From: Thermodesulfobacteriota bacterium
GTDB taxonomy: Bacteria > Desulfobacterota > Desulfobacteria > Desulfobacterales > SURF-7
DNA: 64,000 nucleotides
Assembly (NCBI GenBank): GCA_049320885.1
Contig: JBMORA010000029.1
Location: forward strand, 1-64,000
Direction of reading: 5' to 3'
Each line of letters opens with the position of its first letter. The first letter of the stretch is position 1. A program made the position numbers and the translations under genes. The notes beneath the pieces are model-generated. The model did not search any database. It was not told the DNA's origin and saw nothing but the letters and a program-made list of their open reading frames with translations. Shown here one piece after another: positions 28,922 through 38,490 of the stretch.

Positions 28922-30826
28922 ATGGACCGGACCATGGGTTTCCCGGAGGATTCCCGGAAGAAAAGGAAACAGGAGATGCCGGAAAAACGACTGATGGAAC
29001 GATTCCGGGAAACCGGGGGGTTCAGCGACCTGGATCTGCATTTCGCCCGGCTGCTCACGCGGTTGGACGGCCGAGGGGAGACCGCGGTTTTCCTGGCCGC
29101 GGCCCTGACGAGCAGGCAGAATCGCGCCGGACATGTCTACACCGATCTGGAGACCATCGGCGGCGCCATTGCCGGACTGGATCAGAGCCGGGAATACCTG
29201 GCCTGTCCGCCGCTGGAGCAGTGGCGCCGGGTGTTGGAAACCAGCCCGGTGGTGGGCCGGCCCGGCGAATTCAAACCCCTGATCCTGGACCGCGGCCGAA
29301 GGTTGTATCTCCACCGGTATTTTCAGTATCAGGAAAGCCTTGCCGCCGGTTTGCGGCGCCGGATGAAGGCGTCGGTTCAGGTGGACGGGGGAAGGTTACG
29401 GGAAATCCTGGAGCGCCTTTTTCCGCCGGGATCTTCGCCGGACGGCTGCGACTGGCAGAAAACCGCCGCCGCCGTGGCGGCCTGCAAGCAATTCTGCGTG
29501 ATATCCGGCGGACCCGGAACCGGGAAAACCACCACCATCGCGCGAATCATGGCCCTGCTGCTAGAGCTTGAACCGGCCGGGTCCCTGCGCATCGCCCTGG
29601 CGGCGCCCACCGGCAAGGCCGCCGACCGGATGCGGACGGCCATTCGTCAGGCCAAGGTTTCTTTGGACTGCGCCGCCGATATCCGCCGGCAAATCCCCGA
29701 GGAGGCCGCCACCATTCACCGTCTTCTGGGAGGCATCGCGGATTCCCCCTATTTCCGTCATCATGCCGGACGGTTGCTGCCGTTTTCCCTGGTGGTGGTG
29801 GACGAGGCTTCCATGGTGGACCTGGCCCTGATGGCCAAACTGGTTCAGGCCCTGTCCGAAAACGCGCGCCTGATCCTGGTGGGTGACCACCATCAGCTGG
29901 CCTCGGTGGAGGCGGGGGCGGTGCTGGGTGACCTGAGCGGTTCCCTCGACGGCAATCGTTTTTCAAAAGAATTCGATTTGTTTCTGAAAGAAACCGCCGG
30001 TTGCGACATCCCCGGATCGGCCGTCGGCGAATCCGGCCCAGGCCCGGGCGACTGCCTGGTCCGGCTCCAGCACAATTACCGGTTTTCCAGCCGGGCCGGG
30101 CTGGGCGGGATCAGCCGGGCCGTGCAGCGGGGAGACGGCCGGAAGGCCCTTGAATTGTTCACCGCAGAGGGAAAAGACGGCTCCGTTTCCTGGGTTCGGC
30201 TGCCGGCCACCGGCGCCCTGGAGCAGGCCCTCGGACCGATGATTCTTGAAGCCTTCGCTCCGGCGCTGGCCTGCCATGAGCCCCTGGAAGCCCTGGGGCA
30301 GTTGAACCGTTTTCGCCTGTTATGCGCCTTCCGGGAAGGGCCCTACGGAGTGGCTGTTATGAATCGTCTCAGTGAAACCATCCTGGCCAGGGCCGGGCTG
30401 ATTTCTCCAAGGGACGGCTGGTATGCTGGCAGACCGGTGATGATTTCGGCCAACGATTATACCCTGGGGCTGTTCAACGGCGACAGCGGCATCGCCCTGT
30501 CGGACCCGATGGTTGAAAACCGACTGCGGGTATTTTTTCAGCGGTCCGACGGTTCGCTGCAAAAAGTCCATCCGGCCCGGATCGGCCCCCATGAAACCGC
30601 CTTCGCCGTCACGGTTCACAAAAGTCAGGGTTCCGAATTCGACCGGGTGGCCCTGATTCTGCCGGCCCACGATTCTCCGCTGCTGACCCGCGAACTGATC
30701 TATACCGGTCTCACCCGGGCCCGCAGCCATGCCTCCGTCTGGGCGGATGAAACCGTATTTCGGGCGGCCGTGGAAAGGCGCGTCGAACGGTTTTCCGGCC
30801 TGGGAGAACTGCTGGGTTCGGGATGA
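28922..30826 (+). CDS. recD: Exodeoxyribonuclease V subunit alpha
   Basis: ISGGPGTGKTT, AAPTGKAA, TIHRLL, VVDEASM, TVHKSQGSEF, YTGLTRAR. Confidence 0.95.
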   Translation: MDRTMGFPEDSRKKRKQEMPEKRLMERFRETGGFSDLDLHFARLLTRLDGRGETAVFLAAALTSRQNRAGHVYTDLETIGGAIAGLDQSREYLACPPLEQWRRVLETSPVVGRPGEFKPLILDRGRRLYLHRYFQYQESLAAGLRRRMKASVQVDGGRLREILERLFPPGSSPDGCDWQKTAAAVAACKQFCVISGGPGTGKTTTIARIMALLLELEPAGSLRIALAAPTGKAADRMRTAIRQAKVSLDCAADIRRQIPEEAATIHRLLGGIADSPYFRHHAGRLLPFSLVVVDEASMVDLALMAKLVQALSENARLILVGDHHQLASVEAGAVLGDLSGSLDGNRFSKEFDLFLKETAGCDIPGSAVGESGPGPGDCLVRLQHNYRFSSRAGLGGISRAVQRGDGRKALELFTAEGKDGSVSWVRLPATGALEQALGPMILEAFAPALACHEPLEALGQLNRFRLLCAFREGPYGVAVMNRLSETILARAGLISPRDGWYAGRPVMISANDYTLGLFNGDSGIALSDPMVENRLRVFFQRSDGSLQKVHPARIGPHETAFAVTVHKSQGSEFDRVALILPAHDSPLLTRELIYTGLTRARSHASVWADETVFRAAVERRVERFSGLGELLGSG

Positions 30827-30843
30827 TATCCCGAACTTTTCGC

Positions 30844-30871
30844 TTGATTTTATTCCATTCAAGGGTATAAT
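30844..30871 (+). promoter_or_regulatory. Putative sigma70 promoter
   Basis: TTGATT, 16-bp spacer, TATAAT, upstream of the SBP gene at 31029. Confidence 0.45.
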
Positions 30872-31028
30872 TTCAAGCAATCGGCCTGCATTTCTTGGAT
30901 ATTCATAAAGCCGCGGATTCGGGAGTACTCGTTTCGAAGCGGCGAATGTTTTTTCCCTTTGTCCAATACCCACATTCGGCAACGCGACCCGATACCGTAA
31001 ACCCTTTACACCACAGAGGAGGCTCCAG

Positions 31029-31778
31029 ATGAAGATCAGTCGTTCGGTCATGGTCCTTGCAGTTGGAATTCTGATGGCGATCCCGGTGCTGCCGGCCGCC
31101 GCTGAACAGACCGTCACCCTGGGAACCCTGGACTGGGAACCGTATATCGGCCAGAAGCTGGAAAATCAGGGCTGGGTGGCCGAGGTTGTCCGGGAAGCAT
31201 TCAAACGCTCGGGATATGCCGTCCAGTTTCAATTCAAACCCTGGGCCCGGGTGACATTTGAAGCCCAGAAAGGTGAAACGGACGGATATTTTCCGGAGTA
31301 TTTTTCCGAAGACTTGAAAAAGGATTTCGTCCTGTCCGCGCCGTTTGCCGGCGGCCCCCTCGGTTTTTTCAAACGCCGGGGCGAAGCCGTCACCTATACC
31401 AGACTGGAGGATTTAAAGCCGTATAAAATCGGCGTGGTTCGGGGATATGTGAATACGGCGGAATTCGATGGCGCTGCCTATCTGAAAAAAGAAGAGGCCA
31501 AGGACGATGTAACCAACATCAAAAAGCTGCTGGCCAAACGCCTGGATTTGATTGTGGCGGATAAATACGTGGGCCTCTACCTGCTGAAGCAGGAAATGCC
31601 GGATAAGGCGGACAGTATGGAATTTATTGAACCGGCTCTTGAACAAAAAGATTTATATGTTTGTATTACGAAGAAAAATCCAGACCACGAAAAGCTCATT
31701 CAGGCTTTCAACGACGGCCTTGCCAAGATCAAGGCGGACGGCACCCTGGATGGGATTATGAAACGCCACGGTTTTTAA
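31029..31778 (+). CDS. Orphan periplasmic substrate-binding protein (family 3-like)
   Basis: GAGGAGG RBS, signal peptide, DWEPY, PWAR, IGVVRGY, FNDGLAKIKADGT. Confidence 0.88.
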   Translation: MKISRSVMVLAVGILMAIPVLPAAAEQTVTLGTLDWEPYIGQKLENQGWVAEVVREAFKRSGYAVQFQFKPWARVTFEAQKGETDGYFPEYFSEDLKKDFVLSAPFAGGPLGFFKRRGEAVTYTRLEDLKPYKIGVVRGYVNTAEFDGAAYLKKEEAKDDVTNIKKLLAKRLDLIVADKYVGLYLLKQEMPDKADSMEFIEPALEQKDLYVCITKKNPDHEKLIQAFNDGLAKIKADGTLDGIMKRHGF

Positions 31779-31927
31779 GCGTGGCGTCCGAACAGGGAGA
31801 TGCAGCGCGGGCAGTTGGCCCGGACTGAAAAAACAGCGGCCCCTTGCCCGCGCCTTCATCCATGGTTATCGTAATCCAGACTCGCAGTAACCGGGCAACC
31901 CCATACGGTTTCAAAAGGAATCCATGC

Positions 31928-32314
31928 ATGCAGGCAAATACCCCCGCGGTGGATCATCTGCAGAAGATCTTGCTGGAAGTCAGGGCCGGAGGTGATCCGG
32001 AAACCCCGGCTCCAACGGGAACTCAGGTAGAATTTGTTTTCGGCGTGGGCAGCTGCGGCTTGGCGCCCATCGAATCCAGCCTTCAGGGAAGAAAGGCGGG
32101 CGACGAACTGGACTTCCGGCTTCTTCGGGAGGAAATCCGTCCGTTCCTGGGGCATCTTTTCCCGGTGTTCGCCCAGCTGCCATTGACCGCGGAGACCCTC
32201 CATCTCTCCATCCGGATCGAGTCCGTCCGCCCGGCCGGGGATCGCGAAATCGTCAAAGCCCTGGCGGGCAACACCGCCTGCGGCGACGGTTGTGATTGCG
32301 GCTGCGGCCATTAG
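31928..32314 (+). CDS. Hypothetical protein, degenerate FKBP/SlyD-like with Cys/His-rich tail
   Basis: VEFVFGVG..GLAPIESSLQGRKAGDE resembles the SlyD FKBP core; ends in CGDGCDCGCGH. Confidence 0.6.
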   Translation: MQANTPAVDHLQKILLEVRAGGDPETPAPTGTQVEFVFGVGSCGLAPIESSLQGRKAGDELDFRLLREEIRPFLGHLFPVFAQLPLTAETLHLSIRIESVRPAGDREIVKALAGNTACGDGCDCGCGH

Positions 32315-32517
32315 CCGTTCCGGTCATTCCCGCCTTTCCTGGTCCATTCCTTCCGCAATTCATCTTTTTCATATCCATCACCCCGAAATCGGTTCGGATT
32401 TTGGTTGCAAATATCAGCGTGGAAGGTAAATAGGAAAGGATGATACCGACGCCGGGACGTCCGGGAAGGGTCTGTCGGATCGTTCGGATCGTGCGGCATT
32501 ACCGAAAGGAAGGCTTG

Positions 32518-34422
32518 ATGTACCATCACTATTTCGGATTGAAGGAACGGCCGTTCAAACTCGTGCCCAACCCGGCGTACCTGTATTTAAGCAAAAGCCA
32601 CGAGGAGGCGCTGGGGCACTTGAACTATGCTGTCCAGCACGGCGATGGTTTCGTGGAAATCACCGGCGAGGCCGGCACGGGTAAGACCACCGTCTGCCGG
32701 ATGTTTCTGGAAAACCTGGATGAACGGACGGAGGCGGCCTACATTTTCAATCCCAAACTGGATTCGCTGCAGCTTCTCAAGGCCGTCACCACGGAACTCG
32801 GCATGGGGGCGGATGCGGACAACATCAAGGAGTTGATCGATGTCCTGAATGCCTATCTGATGGAATGCAAGACCCAGGGGAAAAATGTCCTGCTCGTGAT
32901 CGACGAGGCTCAGAATCTGGACAAGGACGTGCTGGAGCAGTTGCGCCTGCTGTCCAATCTGGAAATGAACGCGGCCAAGCTGATCCAGATCATCCTCGTC
33001 GGGCAGCCGGAACTGACGGAAACTCTTGATTCCTACGAACTCCGGCAGCTATCCCAGCGGATCACTCTGCGGTGCCGGCTCCTGCCCTTGACCCGGAAAG
33101 AAACCGGGGAGTACATCCGCCACCGGTTGAATATCGCCGCCCATGGTCCCAGGGTCAAGTTCACCGGACCGGCCATCCGGGCCATCTACCGCTATTCCCG
33201 GGGTATCCCCCGGCTGATCAGCATTGTCTGCGACCGGGCCTTGCTCACGGCCTACACCATGGAAAAACGCGTCGTCAGCCGCGGCATTGTTCGGAGCGCC
33301 ATCGAAGAAATCAAGGGGAGGGGACAGCGACCGCCGGTCGCCGGTTGGAAGCCGGTCCTGTTGTTCGGCGCTTTGTGCCTGGTCCTGGTATCCCTGGTCC
33401 TGTCACAACCGGGGTTTTTCCCCGCAATGCCTGCCTGGATTCATCCCCGGCAAGGCGCTTCCGCACCTGTTTCGTCGCCCAACACTTCGGGGGTTCCTCT
33501 CCGGGATGGGGACGCAAATGGATTCAAACAGGCCACCGTCCGGTCAAGGCCGGCCGACAAAGGGCTAGGGCTGCCGGCTTCCCACCAGACGCCGCCGGAA
33601 CCAGGGGAACGCCTGGATTCACAACCTGCTCTGAATCATGGAATCGGCAGAGCCGCGGTGTTCGCCGGTTTCGGCGCCGCGGAAACGATCCCGGCGCCGG
33701 AGATTTCGTTGCCGGAACTGCAGGCCATCCTGCGGCGGCTTTCCGCGCGTGCTTCCCGCCGGTCGGCCATTGCCGGGGTTATCGGGCGCTGGAGCCGTAC
33801 CGCCGAAATAACGCACTATCTCGACTCGGTGGAAGATGATCGGGAGTTCTTTACGCTGGCGGCCAAGCAGAACGGCCTGACGACCGTACGCATGAAAACG
33901 GATCTGGCGGCCCTGTATCGGATCAATCTGCCGGTGGTCCTGGAACTGCGCCCGGAAGGAGAAATGACGCCCCGGTATCTCGGAGTGACCCGGGGTTACG
34001 GAAACCGGCTGGTCATTATGCTCGACACGGGTCCGGTGGCGGTGGCAGCGGCTGATCTCGCCGGCTTCTGGACGGGCGTGGCGGTGATCCCCTGGAAGAA
34101 TTTTTACAATTACGCCGGGTTGATTCCCATCAACGCTCCCCAGGATACGATTCGGACTTTCAAGATGCATCTGAAGGAAATCGGCCATGCGGAGGATGAC
34201 CTGGAGCCGGTTTATACCGACACCACCCGGCAACTGGTGACAAAAATCCAGAAGGAACAAGGCCTGACAGAGGATGGGGTCGCCGGTCCCCTGACCTACA
34301 TCGCCCTTTACAATGCCACGCCTTCCCTTCCGATGCCCCATTTATGGGAAGAAACAGGCGGATCCCGGAGGTTCGAGGATATGAACCCGGATCGGGGAAT
34401 GGAGCCGCCGGAGAGAAGGTGA
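32518..34422 (+). CDS. exeA: ExeA/GspA-like AAA ATPase with TM helix and C-terminal peptidoglycan-binding domain
   Basis: MYHHYFGLKERPF, TGEAGTGKTT, VIDEAQNL, ILVGQPEL, GIPRLI, a TM segment, and GLTEDGVAGPLT. Confidence 0.85.
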   Translation: MYHHYFGLKERPFKLVPNPAYLYLSKSHEEALGHLNYAVQHGDGFVEITGEAGTGKTTVCRMFLENLDERTEAAYIFNPKLDSLQLLKAVTTELGMGADADNIKELIDVLNAYLMECKTQGKNVLLVIDEAQNLDKDVLEQLRLLSNLEMNAAKLIQIILVGQPELTETLDSYELRQLSQRITLRCRLLPLTRKETGEYIRHRLNIAAHGPRVKFTGPAIRAIYRYSRGIPRLISIVCDRALLTAYTMEKRVVSRGIVRSAIEEIKGRGQRPPVAGWKPVLLFGALCLVLVSLVLSQPGFFPAMPAWIHPRQGASAPVSSPNTSGVPLRDGDANGFKQATVRSRPADKGLGLPASHQTPPEPGERLDSQPALNHGIGRAAVFAGFGAAETIPAPEISLPELQAILRRLSARASRRSAIAGVIGRWSRTAEITHYLDSVEDDREFFTLAAKQNGLTTVRMKTDLAALYRINLPVVLELRPEGEMTPRYLGVTRGYGNRLVIMLDTGPVAVAAADLAGFWTGVAVIPWKNFYNYAGLIPINAPQDTIRTFKMHLKEIGHAEDDLEPVYTDTTRQLVTKIQKEQGLTEDGVAGPLTYIALYNATPSLPMPHLWEETGGSRRFEDMNPDRGMEPPERR

Positions 34423-34450
34423 CCGGTTTGTCTGCAAAGGATTGGATACC

Positions 34451-35140
34451 GTGAGCGTAATATTGAAAGCACTGAAAAAACTGGAAACGGACAACGACGG
34501 GAAGGGCGGGGCACATCCCTGGCCGGACCCTGTCCAGGCCAGAAGAAAGGAAATCCGGTTGAGCAGGCGTCATTTGTGGTGGCTGCCGGCCCTGTTTGCC
34601 CTTTCCGCCGGAGCATTTTTTCTCCTGGGACGCTGGGAAGTCGGTCCCCAGGGGCATCCACCGCCGGCCCCGGATTCCGTGAAAAACAACATGCCCGGTC
34701 CTATGGAAACAAGGAATCTTTCAGCCGGTCCCGAACCTGTTTTCCCCCAGGCGCCCCCATCGGCAAGGCCACTGGTTTCTCCTGGAACCGGACCGTCGCC
34801 GACCATGGTTTTGGAGTCGCCGGCGCGCGAGCCCGCGCCCCCGGCCATGGAAAAAACACGGCTGTTGGAAATGGCCGCTGAACCGGCAACAACGCCGGTG
34901 CGGCCGCAGTCGGCCAAGCCGGACCAGCAGACGCCCCGGGTGGACGACCGGCGCATCACCCTGCAGGCCATCGCCTGGTCGGAAGATCCCGCGCGACGAT
35001 TCGCCGTGGTCAACGAGCGCATCGCCCGGGAGCAGCAGACCATCGACGGCATCACCCTGGTGCGCATCGAGAAGAACGGGATTTGTTTTCGCGAGGGGGG
35101 CAAGGAATGGATTCAGCCCTTTTACGGACGGCAGCAATAA
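34451..35140 (+). CDS. exeB: General secretion pathway protein GspB/ExeB-like
   Basis: GTG start MSVILKALKKLE, TM helix, Pro-rich linker, LQAIAWSEDPARRFAVVN; lies downstream of exeA. Confidence 0.8.
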   Translation: MSVILKALKKLETDNDGKGGAHPWPDPVQARRKEIRLSRRHLWWLPALFALSAGAFFLLGRWEVGPQGHPPPAPDSVKNNMPGPMETRNLSAGPEPVFPQAPPSARPLVSPGTGPSPTMVLESPAREPAPPAMEKTRLLEMAAEPATTPVRPQSAKPDQQTPRVDDRRITLQAIAWSEDPARRFAVVNERIAREQQTIDGITLVRIEKNGICFREGGKEWIQPFYGRQQ

Positions 35141-35158
35141 CCCGTTGCTCCCCTGCCG

Positions 35159-35890
35159 TTACAGGATCTGGCTGAGAAACAGCTTGGTCCGGTCGTGGGT
35201 GGGATTGGTGAAAAAATGTTCGGGGGTCCCCTCCTCCATGATGGCTCCCTGGTCCATGAAGATCACCCGGTCGGCCACTTCGCGGGCAAAGCCCATCTCA
35301 TGGGTGACCACCACCATGGTCATTCCTTCCTTGGCCAGGGTTTTCATGACATCCAGCACTTCGCCGATCATTTCCGGGTCCAGGGCCGAGGTCGGCTCGT
35401 CAAACAGCATGATCTTGGGATCCATGGCAAGGGCCCGGGCAATGGCCACCCGCTGCTGCTGGCCGCCGGAAAGCTGGTCCGGAAACACGTTGGCCTTGTC
35501 CGCAATGCCCACTTTCTGCAGCAGGGACATGGCTTTTTGGTCCGCCTCCGCTTTCGAGCGCTTGCGTACAACCCGCTGGGCCAGGGTGATGTTGGCCATG
35601 ACGCATTTATGGGGAAACAGGTTGAAGGACTGAAAGACCATGCCAACTTCGGCCCGGACGGCGTTGATGTTGGTCTTGGGATCCAGAATGTCGATGCCGT
35701 CGATGATGATGTGCCCCCTGTCCGCGGTCTCCAGTTGATTCAGGCAACGCAGCAGGGTGCTTTTGCCGGAACCGGAGGGGCCGATGACAACCACCACTTC
35801 GCCGGCCTGGATCTGGCAGGAGACATTGACCAGGGCATTGACCCGATGGGGCACCATAAACGTCTTGTAGAGGTTGCGGACTTCAATCAC
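35159..35890 (-). CDS. Polar amino acid ABC transporter ATP-binding protein (GlnQ-like)
   Basis: [35 protein letters not shown]. Confidence 0.95.
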   Translation of the reverse strand: MIEVRNLYKTFMVPHRVNALVNVSCQIQAGEVVVVIGPSGSGKSTLLRCLNQLETADRGHIIIDGIDILDPKTNINAVRAEVGMVFQSFNLFPHKCVMANITLAQRVVRKRSKAEADQKAMSLLQKVGIADKANVFPDQLSGGQQQRVAIARALAMDPKIMLFDEPTSALDPEMIGEVLDVMKTLAKEGMTMVVVTHEMGFAREVADRVIFMDQGAIMEEGTPEHFFTNPTHDRTKLFLSQIL

Positions 35891-36909
35891 TGGTTGAGCA
35901 TTCTCCTCTCAATATATTGTAAAAACATGGATAATGAAAAAGTGAGCACCAGGTAGAGCAGGGCGCAGACAAACCACATTTCAAAGGCCTGGAAATTGGT
36001 GGTGGTGATTTCGCGGGTGGCTTTGGAAAGTTCCCGGATGGAGATGATGCCGAGGAGCGATGAATCCTTGATCAGGCTGATGAATTGGCCGGCCAGGGGC
36101 GGGATGATCCTTCTGAAGGCCTGGGGCAGAATGATATGAATCATGCTTTGCACATAGGTCATGCCAAGGGACCGGGAGGCCTCGCTCTGCCCCCTGTGAA
36201 TGGATTGAATGCCGGCCCGGACGATTTCCGCGACATAGGCGCCCACAAAACTCGCCAGGGAGGCAACGCCGTACCATAAGGGTTCAATCTGCGAAAGCCC
36301 GTTGTTCGCGAGCAGGGTGTTGATCAAGGTGCCCAGCACAAAGTACCAGATGAAAATCTGCACCAGCAGCGGCGAACCCCGGATCAACTCAATATAGGCG
36401 ATGGTGGTCCATCTCAGGGCCGGATTGTCCGATATCCTGGCCAGCCCGGCGAAAAGACCCAGGAGGATGCCGAAAATGATGGCGATGAAGCTGACTTTCA
36501 GGGTGATCCAAAGTCCCTGCATCAGAATCCCGGCCTTCCACTGGGAATGGGTGGCCAGCAGATCGCCGGGATACACCTGATCGCCTTTTTCAACCCGGAG
36601 GGAATCGTTCGGAGCCCGATGAATCACCGAGTTGCCGCCGGCACCGGTGACGCGGATGACGGTGCCTCCATCCACTTTCGTGATTTCCGAGACTTCTCCC
36701 TTGATTTCGGACTTGATGTCGATCTTATCGTGGAAGACAAAGTACTGGGGAATTTTATACCATCGCCAGACATAATCGATCTGGATGGTGGCGTAATACA
36801 GCATCCAGACGGCGGCGCCGACAATGCCGAAAAACAGAAGCACGGACAGAAGATAATTCCGGTCCTTTTTCCGTTTCAGTCGGTGCAACAGATTGGCTAT
36901 TTGCAGCAT
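35887..36909 (-). CDS. Polar amino acid ABC transporter permease
   Basis: [38 protein letters not shown]. Start probably 36909. Confidence 0.92.
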   Translation of the reverse strand: MLQIANLLHRLKRKKDRNYLLSVLLFFGIVGAAVWMLYYATIQIDYVWRWYKIPQYFVFHDKIDIKSEIKGEVSEITKVDGGTVIRVTGAGGNSVIHRAPNDSLRVEKGDQVYPGDLLATHSQWKAGILMQGLWITLKVSFIAIIFGILLGLFAGLARISDNPALRWTTIAYIELIRGSPLLVQIFIWYFVLGTLINTLLANNGLSQIEPLWYGVASLASFVGAYVAEIVRAGIQSIHRGQSEASRSLGMTYVQSMIHIILPQAFRRIIPPLAGQFISLIKDSSLLGIISIRELSKATREITTTNFQAFEMWFVCALLYLVLTFSLSMFLQYIERRMLNQ

Positions 36910-36938
36910 ACAGGTTCGTTCCGGCAGGTTCGGATCAG

Positions 36939-36972
36939 GCGGATCGGCCCGCCATCCACAGGGCCGATCCGC
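36939..36972. repeat. Intercistronic stem-loop (12-bp perfect stem) between the SBP and permease genes
   Basis: GCGGATCGGCCC-GCCATCCACA-GGGCCGATCCGC. Confidence 0.75.
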
Positions 36973-37050
36973 TGTCGGTTGCTGGTTTCCGCCCGTCAAC
37001 GGGCAGGGGGACTGTCTCAAAAAGGCGTTGCCGCGTTTCCGTTTTCCGCC

Positions 37051-37965
37051 CTATTTGATGTTCTGGTACCAGTCCGTGCTGAGAATCCATTTGTTGTACA
37101 GGGCCTCGTAACGGCCGTCGTTTTTATACTGACGCAGGAAATTGTTCAGCCAATTCAGAAAATCCGGATCACCCTTGCGGATGGCCCAGGCCAAGGGCTC
37201 ATAGGTGAAGGGCTCATCGAGAAAAATCAGTTTGTCGGCGCCTTGTTCGGCCATGAACACAACGCAGTTGGGTTTGTCATAGACATAGGCGTCGGCTTTT
37301 CCGGTTACAACTTCCAGCGCGGCCTCACTTTCGGTTTCAAAGGATTTGTAAGTGCAGTTGGGGATGTGTTTTTTCACCGCCTGTTCCCCGGTGGTGCCGA
37401 GCTTGGAGGTCACTATGAATTCAGGGGCGTTCAGATCCTTGTAGGATTTGACCTTGTCCTTGTTCCTGGGGTTCAAGAGGATGGTCTGACCGACGACAAT
37501 GTAGGGATCGGCGAAATTGATTTTGAGATTGCGTTCCTGGGTGACGGTCATCCCGCTCATGATGATATCGAATTTGTCGGTGAGCAGGGCCGGAATGATG
37601 CCGTCCCAGGCGGTATTGACCGGCACAAATTTCACTCCCAGGGCCTTGGCCATCTCTTCGGCCATGTCGATGTCGAACCCCACGAATTGTCCCTTTTTAT
37701 CGGCCATCTCGAACGGCATGTACCCCGCCTCGAAGCCCACCCGCAGTTCGCCGCGTTTCATGATGCCCTCGAGGGTTGACTGCATCACCATGTCCATACG
37801 GGCGGATGAACCGGATTGCTTGCTCAGGGCTTTTTCAACGGCCTTGTCAATGGCATCCTGGTCCAGCTGGGCCTTGTTCTGGTCCTGAACGCCGCAGCCC
37901 ATGAACAGTGCGCAAATCAGCAAAAAAGAAACCGACAACCCCATCCGACGCAATTGTTTTTTCAT
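37051..37965 (-). CDS. Polar amino acid ABC transporter substrate-binding lipoprotein
   Basis: FMGC lipobox, ELRVG..YMPFE, GFDID, WDGIIPAL, SGMTVTQER. AAGGAGG RBS. Confidence 0.93.
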   Translation of the reverse strand: MKKQLRRMGLSVSFLLICALFMGCGVQDQNKAQLDQDAIDKAVEKALSKQSGSSARMDMVMQSTLEGIMKRGELRVGFEAGYMPFEMADKKGQFVGFDIDMAEEMAKALGVKFVPVNTAWDGIIPALLTDKFDIIMSGMTVTQERNLKINFADPYIVVGQTILLNPRNKDKVKSYKDLNAPEFIVTSKLGTTGEQAVKKHIPNCTYKSFETESEAALEVVTGKADAYVYDKPNCVVFMAEQGADKLIFLDEPFTYEPLAWAIRKGDPDFLNWLNNFLRQYKNDGRYEALYNKWILSTDWYQNIK

Positions 37966-38034
37966 TTACCCCTCCTTCGTGATCAACAGGTTATGCGTAT
38001 CCAACGGCGAACGACCAACAGCATGTCCGGATTT

Positions 38035-38184
38035 TCAATATGACTTCCCCTCGTCCAGCAGTTCGCTGATCACCATGCGGATTCTGCAGACAGGGCAGAG
38101 AGGAATCTCTTCCTTGGGAAGATAAACAATTTCGGTTCGCTGGCATTTCGGGCATTTCACTTCAACCGGCTCGTCCTTGCGCAT
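38035..38184 (-). CDS. Small (49 aa) zinc-ribbon protein
   Basis: MRKDEPVEVKCPKCQRTEIVYLPKEEIPLCPVCRIRMVISELLDEGKSY has two CPxC pairs, and there is an AAGGGA RBS. It is the C-terminal part of the 218-aa track ORF. Confidence 0.72.
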   Translation of the reverse strand: MRKDEPVEVKCPKCQRTEIVYLPKEEIPLCPVCRIRMVISELLDEGKSY

Positions 38185-38490
38185 GGTAATTCCCTTTTTT
38201 AAGCGGTCCTCGTCCGCTGTGTTCATGGGCGGATGGTTTTTCCGGCCCCTGCCCCGAAATATCGGACAGCGGCTCTTCCCGGAAATCGATACGGCGAACA
38301 GTCCGTTAATAGAAGATCGGCCGCCCGAGGTCAAGTAAAATGCTTCATGATTCCATCTTGTTTCGGCGGGGGGCGGGCATTTCAGCGGCAAAAGGATTTT
38401 TTCCATGTTGATCTTAGGGATAATCCGGGATAGGGTTGCCCTACGGTATCCGGTTTCACTGATAAAACAGTTCAAAGGAGTTTGCGGCTC

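Noticed and set aside
21999..30826. recCBD as a novel helicase-nuclease defence system
   Set aside because: All three subunits have canonical RecBCD motifs, sizes and order.
32455..32496. Short TCGGATCGT tandem repeat upstream of exeA
   Set aside because: Only two and a partial copies with no spacers; not a CRISPR array and no evidence of function.
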